Below, one piece after another: positions 50,873-64,000 of a stretch of 64,000 nt of DNA. Both the position numbers and the translations under genes were made by a program. The notes under the pieces were generated by a model, which saw nothing but the letters and a program-made list of their open reading frames with translations, did no database searches and had not been told where the DNA came from. This stretch comes from Rhizodiscina lignyota (Eukaryota). Numbering within the stretch: position 1 is the first letter of the stretch; every line of letters begins with the position of its first letter. Where the stretch lies: positions 1,736,001 through 1,800,000 of the forward strand of contig ML978125.1 of NCBI GenBank assembly GCA_010015805.1, in the 5' to 3' direction.

Positions 50873-53050
50873 TTATCTACTTCCACCGATTTCATGAAAT
50901 ATGCTATTGGTTTCTCTTGTCTCGCTCTTCCTTCCTCCATCTTGGTGCGCAGATGCTATTTGCCTCTCGTCCTTGGAACCTCCATTCGAGGTTTTGCCGG
51001 GTTCAGGATTTGTGCCATTTGCCTGACCTGGGTTGTCTAGCTTCTTTCGCTTGATGCCTTCCGACTCCATTTTCTCCTCTTCTCGAGCATGCTCAGATTC
51101 TGGCTCTATGTTGCTCTTCAGTAGCATGCGCTGCAGATTTTCAATGTCTTTCGGGTTGTACGAAAGCTTGGCTAACTCTTTTATCAACTCCTCAGTATCC
51201 AGCACATCATTTCCATGAGCTGAATCGCCAGAGTCACTCTCTAAGCCGTCGTCGATGCTGTCTAGCTTGATCTTCCCAGGTAGAGAGTTACTGAGCTTAC
51301 CCTTAGTCTTAGGCGTGCTCTTCTTCTCCCTCTTTGCTCCGGCTTCCGCTTTTGCACGCTCCTTCGCTTCCTGTTTCACTCGCGCCCTCTCTTTTTCCTT
51401 CTGCTGATTTGCCAATTCCGCTATTACCCAGTCAGAAATGTTGATGACGGCATTCGTTGCTGACATTCGGTTCGCGAGAAGAAACCCTTGAAGCTCAGCT
51501 GGAGTGAACTTGCCCTCGGGAATTGACTCTGCAAATTGTTTCGCCAGATCCATGAGGGTCTCCATGTCATCCTTGCCCAGCTTTTTTTCGGTCGAGGTGA
51601 TTCGGCCGTTTGCGGACACGGTGATGGTACGGCCGTCCTCGCCATGCAGTTGGTCTGTGAACATGCGGATGAAGATCTGCTCTGCGCTCGCTCTGTTGAT
51701 TGGACCAAAATAAACCTTCTTGTCGATTCGGCCTGGTCGAACAAGCGCCTTGTCGAGCGCGTCGGGGTTGTTACTCGTCATGATCAGCAGTCTGCCTTCC
51801 TGCGAAGAGGTCCCGTCTATCGCGTTGAGGAGCCCGCTGAGTGAAACCTGTCTATGTATCGGACGAATACTTCCTTCTACAGGCTCTGCCTCGCGGTTGA
51901 TGCCTGCTGTATCGATGTCTTCCAGCAGAACGACGCACCGTGGGGGAAGCGAGGCAAACATGCGAGTCAAGTCGTCTTCTTCGATGGATCCATTTGCGAG
52001 ACTTAGCATGTAGAGGTCGAGCTTGCAGTGGCCGGCTAGTGCGAGGCTGAAGCTGGTTTTGCCTGTTCCTGGAGGGCCATGGAAAAGGTAGCCGCGTCGG
52101 AAAGGGATGCCACGACTAGCGTAAAACTCGCGCGCTGATGGGTCCATGTAGGCGTCAACATCTCTGATGATGTCTCGCTTTATGTCTTCGTCCATATTGA
52201 TGGTGTCGAGCGCTCGTGCCGGTCGCGCGATTGCCTGTCCCCATGTGTCGGGATAGCGATACTTGTCGCCCTTGATGTGAATCGTCGTCATCTCGCGCTT
52301 AGCCTCCGCCGCATACTCCTTGCAGTACTGCACAAAGGCCTTGAGTGGCTCCAGATGCCGTCCAAAGCACATGATCACAAGCGGTTCGCCGCCCCTCGCG
52401 TACTCGGTGTACAAGCTGCGCGTATTACGACTGAACACCGTGAAGTGACCGCGCTGGAACATGAACGGACGTCCACGGAACCAGAACCAATGCGTGCCCA
52501 AGGCCGGGAAGTACTTTACAGGCGGTGTGCGCTCGTCATAATCTTCCTTCGTCAGGCGCTTCCCGCGATCATGGCGGTAGTAAGCGTAAGGGTCCGCAAT
52601 GCGGTCGTCACCAGTGCGGGCAGACTGAGCGGCGACAAAGCGGCTGCCGCGCGACACGACATGCGCGGACATGTACGAGAGGATCTCATCGTTCAATCGC
52701 TCGTTGGCTGCAATAGAGACGGTCGACACGCAATATTGCAGGATTAGGGACTCGTAGATGATTTCCCTGCAATCCGTAAGTTCAATTCACTGTGGGTCTC
52801 ACTATGTATGTGGCATTGGTCAGATGGGAGTCGTCGCTTACCAAACATAACGTCCCCCACGCTCTATGAAGACGAGCAGCAGACACCATGTTACAATGTA
52901 GGTGATGTCAATGCCGGTCCATGACCATATGAGTGAGCGAGCGGTGCCAAAGCCTGGGACTAAGCTCTCGAGAATGTACGTCGGAGCTGCGCTGCTGCTG
53001 TTCCCGGTATCGAGGAGAGACGACGCTAGCCCCCCAAGATGCCGTAGCAT
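50873..53050 (-). CDS. BCS1-like AAA ATPase (fungal paralogue with charged C-terminal extension), 2 exons
   Basis: LESLVPG N-terminal segment, HWFWFRGR, RGIPFRRGYLFHGPPGTGKTS, LLEDID, SLSGLLNAIDG, DKALVRPGRID, TPAELQG. Confidence 0.9.
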
Positions 53051-53803
53051 TATGATGGCGATTGAATGGAATTCCGTCCGAACCAGAGTATTTTTTTGAA
53101 TAAGAAAGTGAGATTATTGGAGAATGGAAGAAAAATGACAGGTTCATGGAGCGCGGTTGTTGGTTATACCTCTCGGAAGCGACTGTATTAAATGCAGATA
53201 TTTCAAGTGACTCTGAAACGAGTGAAGAGACGTCAAACACTAAGATGAGGCTCTCTCCTTCAGCTACTTTCCCAGGGTTGGGGCACGTCCGTATTATATA
53301 TGGCAGGAGAGATGCTCTGGCCGTGAGGCCTACCGCCTCACCGACAGCCAGGCGGATGCACATGCATGCGCTAAGCCTGCAGCCCAGCGGAGCATTCACA
53401 GATCTACTCGCCGATCTTCGAGAGCGACTACAAGAGAACAAAGAAATCGTGGTCAAAGTATGACATCCTCTTGGATGACTGAGCAGGGTGCCATTCACCG
53501 GAGCGCAGACTTTACGTCCAATGAGCGAGGGCGCGGGGATCAGCCGTAGCACAGGACTGTGGGCTGAGCGTGCCTAGACGCACATAGGAGGAAAAGAAAA
53601 TCTGGAACAGCCTGTTCATGTAGACTTGGCTGGTTGCACGACATTCAAGAGACAGCAGTGCAGAACTTTTGCGATATGAAGATTTCCAATTTCGCTATGA
53701 AGAGTGTTGCTCAATAGTACAGTAATTGTTATCATTATAATCAAGTAAACCCCTATCTTACAAGAGCTAGAAAACTCACCGCCAGCTGGTGTGTAGCTCA
53801 ATC

Positions 53804-55508
53804 TTACTTTGTTCTCGCCGTCAGTCTTGCAACGATTTCATCAGTCTTGTTCTTGCTTGCATCCTGAACAATATGTTCCGTCGCCACCTCGAGCTTGCTC
53901 CCAAGCTGCTTATCAACCCTGCCAAACATCTCATAGGCTCTCTGTCTCACGCGCGGGTCTGCACCGAAGAGATGCGACGACACATTCGTGATGAAGTTGG
54001 CTTGTTGACCTTCCTGGCGGCCAAGAACATGCCACAGGCCTGTTGCTTGGACGAAGTCTTCGTCTGTCACTTCGTTAAAGTTCTGCGGGTTGAGTGCCCG
54101 TCCCACCCATTCCTCGTGTTGCTGATTGACATCCACTGGCTTGTACGTGATCGGCTTGAGAGGCGATGGATAGTTCGGGTCCGCACCGTAGTTACCGTTG
54201 ATAGCATATTGACCGTCACGCTGCCACGGTGCGTAAGCATGAAGTGGTTGATTGACGGGAATCTGTTGGTAGTTGACGCCTAGTCTGTGGCGTTGGCTGT
54301 CGGTATAGGAGAAGAGTCGCGCCTGCAACATTGGATCTGCGGTGGGTTCAATACCAGGTACAAGATGCGCCGGAGCGACTGCCATCTGTTCGATCTCTGC
54401 GAAATAGTTCTGGCACTATGCAACTGTTAGTTAGATAAATTATAGGCTAACAAGGAAGGCCTACGTTGCGGTTGAGCGTCATCTTTCCGACCGGTCTCAA
54501 CGGAACCTCACTGTGTGGCCACACCTTTGTGACATCAAAGATGTTCCAGCGGAATTTCTCGGCATCTTTAGGATCAAGGACCTGCACATAGAAGGTCCAT
54601 GAAGGGTACTCGCCACGGGCTATTGCCTCAAACAGGTCTTGAGTGTTCCAGTCAGGATTCGCCGAGGCTAAGTGAGTTGCCTCTTCCAAGTTGAGAGTTC
54701 TGTTCCCTTGGTCCTAGATATTGTCAGTGCCATGTGTCCAATGATCCCAACCTCGTTGCATCAAATGTACTCACGCTGATGAAGTGCATCTTGACATATT
54801 TGAAGCTGCCATCAGCAGCAATGAACTTGAAGGTATGGCCGGAGTATGTGTTCATATGTCTGTACGACAATGGGGTGCCTCGGTCGCTGAAGAGTTGCAT
54901 GACTTGATGGATGGACTCTTGGTTGCTTGTCAAGAAGTCCCAAAACATGGTGGCGTCTTTGGTATTCTGGAGAATGCCATGATTAGCACGCTGGGAAAGA
55001 TGAGCCCATAGAATGTATGACGTACTGTTTGCGGATTTCGTTTTTGGGTATGGATAAAGGTTGGAAACTTGACACCATCTCGGATGAAGAAGACTGGTGT
55101 ATCATTTCCAACCATATCCCAGTTTCCCTCTTCTGTGTAGAATTTGATGGCAAATCCTCTCGGGTCACGAGCAGAATCTGCAGAGCCTTTCTCTCCACCG
55201 ACAGTGGAGAGGCGCACAGCGACCTTGGTCTTCTTGCCAACCTCTGAGAACAGGTCTGCAGAGCATATATCCGTAATGTCATGGGTTACCTCGAACTCGC
55301 CGTATGCCCCGGCACCTTTCGCATGCACGACTCGCTCGGGAATCCTCTCGCGGTCAAAGTGGGCGAGCAGATCGATGAGATGAAAGTCTTGCAGGAGAAT
55401 TGGACCATTGTTACCAAGGCGCTGAGAGGCAGTTGCGTAGCTTATCGGTCTTCCTGACGAAGTGGTGTATACTCGCTGTTGAATCGGGTTCGCAGCTTGA
55501 GCAGCCAT
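53804..55508 (-). CDS. Small-subunit heme catalase, 4 exons
   Basis: [63 protein letters not shown]. Confidence 0.95.
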
Positions 55509-56756
55509 TTTGGTAGAGTATGAGACAATACAAGACTAAAGAATTAAACTTTGCGGTACTTTGGAACAACTTTATTGTCTTTGATCAGCTTAAGAAACAA
55601 GCAAATCAGCCCAGGCAATCGTGTAAACTTATATAGTCATCCCATCCCACAAAGATCACAGATGAAAACGCCATATTCGAGAACAGATAACTCAGTCCGC
55701 TTGATAATGCTCAATAAGGCTCGACTTCGTAATCACGCATGCAATAAAGTGCCTTACTACTCTGTGCAGCGCTCCATGGCATGCTAAGCGGGCGGACTTG
55801 AGCGGTCAAATGAACGCCGAGGCAAGTTTCCCGAGGCGCTTCATCTATTACTCAAACAAGACCTGCAGACAAGAAGATATTGATCTGGCGAATATGTTCA
55901 CTGATTAAGCGGAAGGTCTGGATGCATTTCGATGGACAACAGGGCGCGAAGGCGACATGAATGATGAGAGATGACAGGAAAAGGGGAAGCTTGGAAGCCG
56001 CTGTCGGCGCGGCAATCAAAACTGCGGCAAGTCACGTGCAAATCTTTGTCAGCCTCAGAATAGCTGCACCTGAGCTCGACGAAGATGGAGAGGTATGCAG
56101 CGAGACCGCGTTTGCTCTTCAACACAAGTGAGAACGTCCCTGAAAGCTTGGTACGGTATACTTCAGAGAGTATTTCTTGCAGGCACCCGATTTTAATGAA
56201 CATAATCTCTATCGCTAGAGGGTAATACGCATCACAGACAATCCAGTGAGTCGCAGTTCTAGCGCGACTATTTCGTCACCCTCGATTCTGGCTTCCTGTG
56301 TCCGCGGAGAAGGCATGCGACGACGCTGTCAATGCTAACAGGAGGCTGAAGGACCTCAGGTTAGCTCTAGAATCAAACAAGCAATAGATATTCCTCGAGT
56401 CTAGACATCAAGTGCTTTCTCATACATGGCTCCACCACCGAAACCGACTTTCCGAAACATCGCAGAGCTTTCATGTTCCTTTCCTATCTCCTTTCCACGC
56501 TACCTACACAAATTAGGCACAGTGCTCGCTAATCTCGCTTGTGGTGTTGACTATGCCTCAGGAACCATCCGTGTCGGACTAATTGTCCCATTTAGACATG
56601 CTTATCAAAATAGTCCACGCCGGACATTTTCTTCCTGAAATGTGGGATCGGGTCTAGAAAGATATGGTTTGGCATATGTTTTCTTTAATTTAATCAGCCT
56701 CAGCAGCGACATGTTGAAATTCCAGGAAGCATTTAGCAATTCAATCTGCCGTAAAT

Positions 56757-58196
56757 ATGCTTGATTCTGAACAGCAGCAAGAGCAATCTCATTTTAACAA
56801 CATCGATAGATCTACCGAAGCAGAACAACGAAACGTGGAAGAATCAACAGACGGCATCGAAGAACAAGATGGAGGCTATGGCTGGGTCTGCGTATTTGCC
56901 ATGCTTCTTATCACAGCACATACTTGGGGAGTCAATGGGTCATTCGGCGTTTACCTCGCCCACTACCTCGCAGACAATACCTTTCCAGGGACGGCAGAAA
57001 CGACATACTCCTTCATTGGAGGCCTCTCGTTGGCACAAATCACGTTCATCGCACCGCTTGTCACAAAATTCTCCGCCAAGTTCGGACTCCACCCTACTCT
57101 CTTCGTCGGCATCGTCCTCGAGACCGGAGCATTGATCGCTGCAAGTTTTGCCCGCCGCGTTTGGCACCTTTTCCTTACCCAAGGACTGCTCTTTGGTTGG
57201 GGCTCCAGCTTTCTCTACGTGGGTGCCATTGGGATTGTGCCTCAATGGTTCACAAAGCGGAGAGGGGTTGCAAATGGTATTGCAGCTGCCGGCAGCGGTC
57301 TTGGTGGTCTCATCTACAGTCTGGCTGCCCAAGCGATGATACAGAACCTTGGCCTGTCCTGGGCATTCCGGATTACTGCTATATGCGCCTTTGCAGTGAA
57401 TAGCGTCTGCGCACTGTTGATGAGGGATCGGAACAAGCATATCATGCCTAATCAACACTCTTTCGACCTCAGTCTACTTAAACGATATGAATTCCTTGTT
57501 ATAATAGCATGGGCCTACTTTAGCATCCTTGGATACACGGTATGATGGCCACCTGAAAGACTTAGTGAAAGTCACTAACACGAATAGATTATCATGTTCT
57601 CACTACCCGACAATGCTCTGAAAATCGGCCTCAATGCACGTCAAGGCGCCATCGCTGGCGCTCTCGTCAACTTGGGAATGGCCTTAGGTAGGCCGGTTGT
57701 TGGTTACTTCAGCGACCGCGTCGGGCGCATCAATATGATTACTGGAGGAACATTCCTCTGTGGGCTATTTTGCCTATGCATATGGACCTCGGCGAATTCA
57801 TATGCTGTTCTATTGGTGTTCGCAGTTCTAGGCGGGACTGTGGTGGGCACATACTGGGTGTCGATCGGTCCTCTCCTTGCCGACCTGTTAGGCATCAAGC
57901 ACCTTCCCGCCGCACTTTCGATCATCTGGACGGCAATCGTGTTGCCCGGTACATTCGCCGAGCCAATAGCTCTGAAGATGCGCGAGTCTGGGTCTTCCGC
58001 ATATTTTCCAGTTCAACTTTTCACGGGCTTCATGTTCATAGCTGGCACTATATGCATGCTAGTTCTTCGCAGCTGGAAGATTGCTCAAGACCACCCTCAG
58101 GGCGAGAAAGGAGCATTGCGCGGTCGAAGTATAGTCCTGCTTGTGGACGAGATCAAAAGAGCTGTGGCCCGATCTCTCGCGCCAGCGAAGGTCTGA
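56757..58196 (+). CDS. MFS monocarboxylate-transporter-like (MCH family) permease, 2 exons
   Basis: DGGYGWV, TWGVNGSFGV, PQWFTKRRGVANGIAAAGSG, GRPVVGYFSDRVGRIN. Intron ~57541-57587. Confidence 0.92.
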
Positions 58197-58580
58197 TCGA
58201 TTTACCATTAATCCCCTCAATGTGTAAAGTGCTTTTCACGATGCGACGAACAGAGAGAGGGCAGCCTTGTGGATGCAATGCATCTCCTTTAGAGTTGGAC
58301 AAAAAATAGATGGCCCCCGTATGCTCAAACGGATGTGGAGAAATGGATCTTGCATCTCTATGCTTTTGGCGAATGGAGTTTTAAATCATCCAGAGCTCGG
58401 CTTTCATGATCGAAGATATCCATAGACGTTTCTTTCACATAGACCATAGAACTTTAGACTTCCATGAAGATATTTAAATATCACGCTAAAATGTTTCTCA
58501 TGATACAGAGCGCCTCCAATGCCCACAGAGCCTGCTAGTGCAATAATTCAGAAATCCAATCGCGGTCTTCGCAATGCCGT

Positions 58581-61500
58581 CTATTCCTCTTGGTCGTCCT
58601 CGCTCCTCCGGCTATGACAAAAAGTGCATCCGATGTTGCCGATAGCGGTGCCTATAATTCTGGCGTGAGCTGTTTTCGCTCCGACGCTGCGAGTGAAGCC
58701 CCCGTCATCACTGTCCATGTCTTTTGCAAGTTGATCCTGCAATCTCTCAGCCACTGCCACTGCTGCGTTGGGATCTTCTTCGTTTTCTCGGGCCTTGGAT
58801 AGAAGACACGACAGATGAAAGACATGGCCACAGGCGAAGCCAATGAGCGTTTCTTTTTCTGCATTTATAGTCAGCAATCAAGAAGGGCAGCAGGATTAGA
58901 AGGTGACTGACCATCTTCGATGAAGAGCTTACGACAGCCTACACAGTGCCCTGGCACAGGGTCTTCATCCACAGCAGCTGGCTGAGCAGCAGGATCTTCA
59001 ACCTCTTCCTCTGTCTTGCCATTCTGATCAACCATGCTCACAACAGGATCGACAGAGACCTCGACTTTCGCGTCCGGCTCATGAACGACTTCAAACTTGA
59101 CACCCCGCCTCCGGCCCTCTCTAAGCTTAATCTGGCCTCCATTAACTTCGCCTCTCAGCACTCTGGCCACTCCTTCGCTGATACTGCCCTGAATCTCGAA
59201 CTCTTTGACCATCCGGCCGATGCCATCTCTCAGCCCTTCGATCTCCAAGCCCTCTGGGATTCTCTTGACGAGGGTGATAGGGTCTATCGATGTCCCGACT
59301 TCGTTTAACAAGCCCCGGATGAAGCGAGGTTTGTCCATGCTGTAATCCAGCAGGTCATTCCATAAATCGGGATCATCCTGTTCTTTAGCGAAAGAAATGG
59401 CGAGTGAGACGTCGCCGAGGGACTGGGTGATCAATGAGAGAGCACGCTTTGTTTGTCCAGTCTTGGAGAGCAGGTAGCTGCAGTACATTAGCCACACGAT
59501 TCGGACTATTACGATTAAAACAGGAGACTTACACAAGCTCAGGAATATACCCTCTCTTCTCACACACGGCAGAGGCATGCTCAAAAGCATAGCTTTGCGA
59601 CAGTCGGAGGAACTGCATTAGGATATCACGGTCATATTCGGCAAACAGGTCGACGGCCAGATCACCGAAATCTTCAACCATTGACCTGCCCTCAACGAGT
59701 AATCGTTCTTTGCCTCTCAGGGTGTCTTTCTTTCCAATTTGTGCCGTCCATAAGGAGCGCATGTAGAAAAACAGGAAGGGCTGGTACTCTGGCGGACCCC
59801 CACTGAGTTGATCGACGACAACTTTTGGACTCACGACGCCGGAATAAGCCTCGTCAACCAGAATCTGCATGGGTTCCGAGCTTGCTTCATCAAGTTCGCT
59901 CAGTGGCGCCTTTTCCATCTGGACCTTCGAGACTCGAAGCAGGAGAAAGCCCGGAATATCGTCGGCAATATCACCAAGCAGATGATAATCACGTATGAGC
60001 CTGATCGCCTCATCCGCATTTTGCACGCGAATATAGCATCTCAGTGCTTCTTTCAACCGCCCGTCGATTACATAAAGCTTCGCTAAGGCCTCGAGGAGGA
60101 TTCGCCAATCGCTATCATCGACGTCCTCGGCTCGCAACTTGCCTTCGATGGCAGAAGTGACACTGCCTATGTCGTACGTCGGTGGATCCCATTTCTCTAA
60201 GTATTCTTTGAAGCGCTGACGATCGTGCGCAATATAGTGTCCAAGAACAACTTCGTACACCAGGCTTGGCAGCGGTGGATGTACATCCGATCCAGGTATG
60301 TACGGGGCAATGTCGTCGAGCCTGCCGGCTTCAGCAAAGGCGAGGACCCAGTGCTCCCATCTTGTTGAAGTTCCAAGAACTCGGCCAGCTATCTGCCCTG
60401 CGGCCGTGTAATCTTTAGCTGAGACAAGTTGGTTGAGCCACAGGTCTCCAATCTGACGCTTCTCCTTTTCAGCCGCAGAGAAGTGGGCTCTTGCTGCGCC
60501 TGAGACAGTTGTGTGAGAAGCGCTGTCGTCAGCGAAAAAGTCAGCGAGACTTTGTTGGCCCCTTGGTGTCCCAGTTGGTGATTGCACGAGAGAGGTTTGC
60601 CGATCGATCAGTGACGTGCCGATAGTCTCGGGATGAGCGTCTACCAATTCGTATGCAGCTTTATAGTCTTCATGCTCTACAAGCCAGTCTAAGTGGTCGG
60701 ATGGCTCGCGCTTAATAGCCAGGACACAATCATACGGACTTTGAATGAAGATTTTGAGGCCTATGGATGCTGCGGCCGGTAGAGGCTCCATTCTAGGCTT
60801 CTTCAGCGGACTGGACCCTGTGTCGAGAGAATCGTGGGATGCAGTGGCCTTTGACTTTTCATTACTCGCTGGTACGCTGATGATGCTTGCACCAGAGCTG
60901 AAAATGCGCCCTGCACTGAGCCCAGCGTCCCAAATTCCGGTGCTAATTGATTCTAACGCACCCCTCTGCACGGGGCCGGCAACTTGAATTGGAGGGACAT
61001 AGAGAGTATTGAGGTGATAGTCCGCCGCTGTGAGAGTCTCGAATCGACTGATCGTGAGGGTGTCAACGTCGACCTCACTTCCAGTGGCCGCCTCAACCAG
61101 TCGCAGCTCAGGTTGTAATCCGTTCTGGCGGTGGTGAACTCCACGTCGTGGTGTTGTTTGGATAGTGCTCGCAATAGGATTATCGTCGTCATCGCGCGTC
61201 CGGTAGGCAAGAACAAGCATAAGCGAAGGGGTATAAAGCGAAATCCCAGAAATAATACAATCATCGAAAAGAAGTCTGTGAGAGTTAGCGATTGAGAGAA
61301 GTTTGCGACCCATATTACATACTTGTGTACAATGTCCGCACTTCCAGCCTGACGTTCTCCTGCGTCTTTACCACTGCCAGCACTCTCTGGCTTCACATGA
61401 ATTACCCAAGCGGTATCACCCCAGCCAATCACAGCTTTCTCAAGCCGTTTCTTCTTGCCCCTGACATTGCTGTGAGCAAGCTTTGCAAGGCTCTCGCTGG

Positions 61501-62763
61501 CATTTGTGGACGCAGAAGGACTGCCATGGGCACCGTTCGATAAAGAACTTTGGTCTTCGTCGACTTCTAGACACCCATCATCAATCCATTCTACACGAGC
61601 TTTCCACACGCTTGCCATCTCCTCCCACGTCCGACGATTCGGTCGATCTACATGCCCTATACGTTTCCAGGCATTTTCCGCATCGGCGCTTTGGAGCTTC
61701 AGGTTCGAACGCATAATTTTGATTCCTTGCTCATTGACCCAGAGGACGAATCGACCGGACAGTGACCACTTGATAATACTGATGGTCCCTTCTCCAGAAT
61801 GCAACACCGTATCTTTGCCAGTATTTGAACCCAGGCCAATTGAACCGAGCCACCCCGAGGCAGCCGCTGCAGCGCTGTTTGTATTTGCATTGGCACTAAC
61901 TCCAACTTTGCCACCAGTCGTAAGAATCAACTGTCCTGCAAGTCCGCCAGACAAATAGGTTCGATCGTTCTTGTATTCAGGTGACAGGGCAACGGCCTGT
62001 ACGGGTCGAGCAAAGTTTCGCAACAGCACATCTTTTGGGTCGACGAGAGATGAGACACAGACATTGCCATCGATGGATGCAGTCGCTATGTATATTGAAT
62101 TAGATGGTGTTGCTGGGAGCGTAGGCTGCTGTCGCGGCGTCCTTGGTGACGCATTTACATTCGATTTGTGAGGCTGAGTGGGAGTCTGGGGTCGTGCTGG
62201 GGAGCTCGTTGGTTCAGGACTGGGCCGGAGTGTGGATTCGCTCTTAGCATTCGGCCATGGCGGTGGGAAGGGCGATACTGAGACAGCAGTGATAGAAGCT
62301 GAATGCGCCTTGTAGGTTCGTAGTTGCTGGAAGGTAGGGATCGTGATGACATGCTACTCGAGTCAACTCTATGCTTCGCATATACCTTGAAATGTAGCTT
62401 ACGATATTTCCATTGTGCGTCCCTATAATCTATAAAAGGTTTAGTAGACGTTCCAGGCACTGTGCGCTCTCTACGTTCGAATTGAAAGGTTCAAAGTACC
62501 ATCTTGTCTCCCGCAACTAGGGAGCTACTTGTTGCGTCGCCATTGCGATATATCGGCCCAAGAGTCCCAGTCAACCTGTTGTACTTGAGCTTCGGCTCAG
62601 TCTCTTCCTCCTCTTCTTCCTCCTCATCCCGCTCGGTCCCATTCTGGATATCTGGGTCGTCTCGGTCGTCGGAAGCCTTGGATGGAGTGGCTGGAGGTTG
62701 TAATGCTGGTGCAGGCAAGGCAGCGTTTTCATTCTTTCCTTCCGCGTCGTTTTCGGTAGTCAT
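58581..62763 (-). CDS. VPS41: HOPS subunit Vps41 (WD40, clathrin-like repeat, RING), multi-exon
   Basis: EPKLKYNRLT, RNFARPVQAVALSP, LHSGEGTI, PELVYLLSKTG, ISFAKEQDDPDLW.DL..YSMDKPRFI, C-terminal CGHVFH RING. Confidence 0.95.
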
Positions 62764-62980
62764 GCTAAGCGCATGTTGGATCCGCCGAGCGCGCTCGAGT
62801 TTGGAGCTCTCTCAGTCGAGATATTTAGAATGCGCCGTAAGTCGAGCTTGAAGCGGCTCGCCAATGAGGTCAGTGACGGAGCGAGACCCCCGACGCGTTC
62901 CTCCGCAGCCGACAGAAATTTGGACCGCGAAGGTCTACTGTGGAAGTGACAACGCCCTGCAAACGGACTATATTTCCAAG

Positions 62981-63696
62981 ATGGTCAGTTTATTCAATCG
63001 GACACGACGGTTACGAACGGTAGGCAGTCATTGAAACATCTAGAGTGTTGTCCTGCGAATGCTAACACTTATACAGAAGGTACATGCTCCCAAACGCGAA
63101 GGTTTGAATTGGCGAGAGACTAATCAATTGGACAGCTCCTGGGCGTCCGACTTGGACCGGGAGCAGCAGTATTGCCCAAGGAGATATATAGGATCAATCT
63201 GCAGTTTGCAAAGAGTGTTGATGGTGGGCATATGGGTCCAAGGTGCGAATGATGCAGAGTTGTAGCAGTACATTGCTAACTACAACGTATGGCTCACAGA
63301 AAATTCTGGCGGAACATGCTTCCCAGATTAAAATACCACAACCCTACCGTCGACATGAATGTCGATCGAACAGTAGCAAATGACGGCCCAGCGACTTTGA
63401 CCCTGTTCTTCCACTCGCAATCCTCATCAACGCCAACAACGCCAGCCGAACAGACCGATCCTAATGCCATAACAAAAACAATAAACATGAAGAACAAGAC
63501 CGACACCGGCATCTGGGAAGAGTTCGTAACTCTTACGGACGCGAAGGCGGTGCGGCCAACAGAAGAGGATACACGATTGCTGCAGGAGCTCGCTGAGCAG
63601 AACACAGACAGCGCTGAGAATAGTGCAAGGCAGAAGGAGGAGAACAAGCGGATAAAGAGAGAGAGGCAGCTATTGCAAATGGTCAAACAAGATTAG
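62981..63696 (+). CDS. MRP49: Mitochondrial ribosomal protein Mrp49/mS25 family, 4 exons including a 3-nt microexon
   Basis: RLGPGAAVLP, GGHMGP|RKFWR.MLPRLKYHNP. Introns 63020-63076, 63080-63135 and 63243-63299. Confidence 0.88.
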
Positions 63697-64000
63697 CCGA
63701 AGTGTTTCTTGGGATACAAGCATTCGACGGAGTTCACATCGCCGTATATTGGGAGATACCAGGGTCATTGTGCATTAAAGGTAACATTCAGTGTATGGTA
63801 TTGTACTGTATAGCTCACAACACACTACAAGAAAGATCGTCGTCGTTGAAGTCTCTCACCAAATGGTCAGGCACCCAACCTTTGTGGATCTTCAGACTGG
63901 AACTACTTAGTCAAGGAGAGGCCTAAACGGCTTACCGGTTTCGATGTTCGATCTCCCATCCTTCCATCAATCGCTCGCTGCGTTCTTTCCATCTCTTCTC

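Noticed and set aside
1..64000. tRNA, rRNA, intact transposons, AT-rich RIP tracts
   Set aside because: None recognised by eye; GGTTCGA hits lack cloverleaf context. A tRNAscan-SE or RepeatMasker run could still find small ones.

Overview
Eukaryotic genomic DNA from a filamentous ascomycete (Pezizomycotina-type: short GT..AG introns with CTRAC/CTAAT branch sites, HET-domain gene, fungal orthologues). About 25 protein-coding genes are supportable. Conserved housekeeping genes are PEX13, MGS1, BNA3, mitochondrial aspartate aminotransferase, YPD1, VPS41, MRP49 and a TOS1-like glucanase. Accessory genes include a HET protein, an ankyrin-only protein, an FDB1/MBL1-like lactamase, an M20 amidohydrolase, a DxD-less GT8, secreted hydrolases and a catalase. 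The most striking unexplained element is non-coding and lies between the TOS1-like gene and PEX13: a degenerate ~217-bp tandem array (~5750-6525), then a TATA box (6862), then a ~440-nt fold-back region (a 65-nt hairpin plus a ~375-nt rod rich in + strand G-U pairs), then a polypyrimidine tract with a splice-acceptor-like site. This is a candidate unannotated structured RNA locus. Other notable items are two 3-nt microexons, a splice-dependent NLS/coiled-coil tail on the amidohydrolase, and a pair of paralogous single-TM micropeptides. All calls come from reading the sequence by eye; no searches were run, and exon boundaries are predictions.
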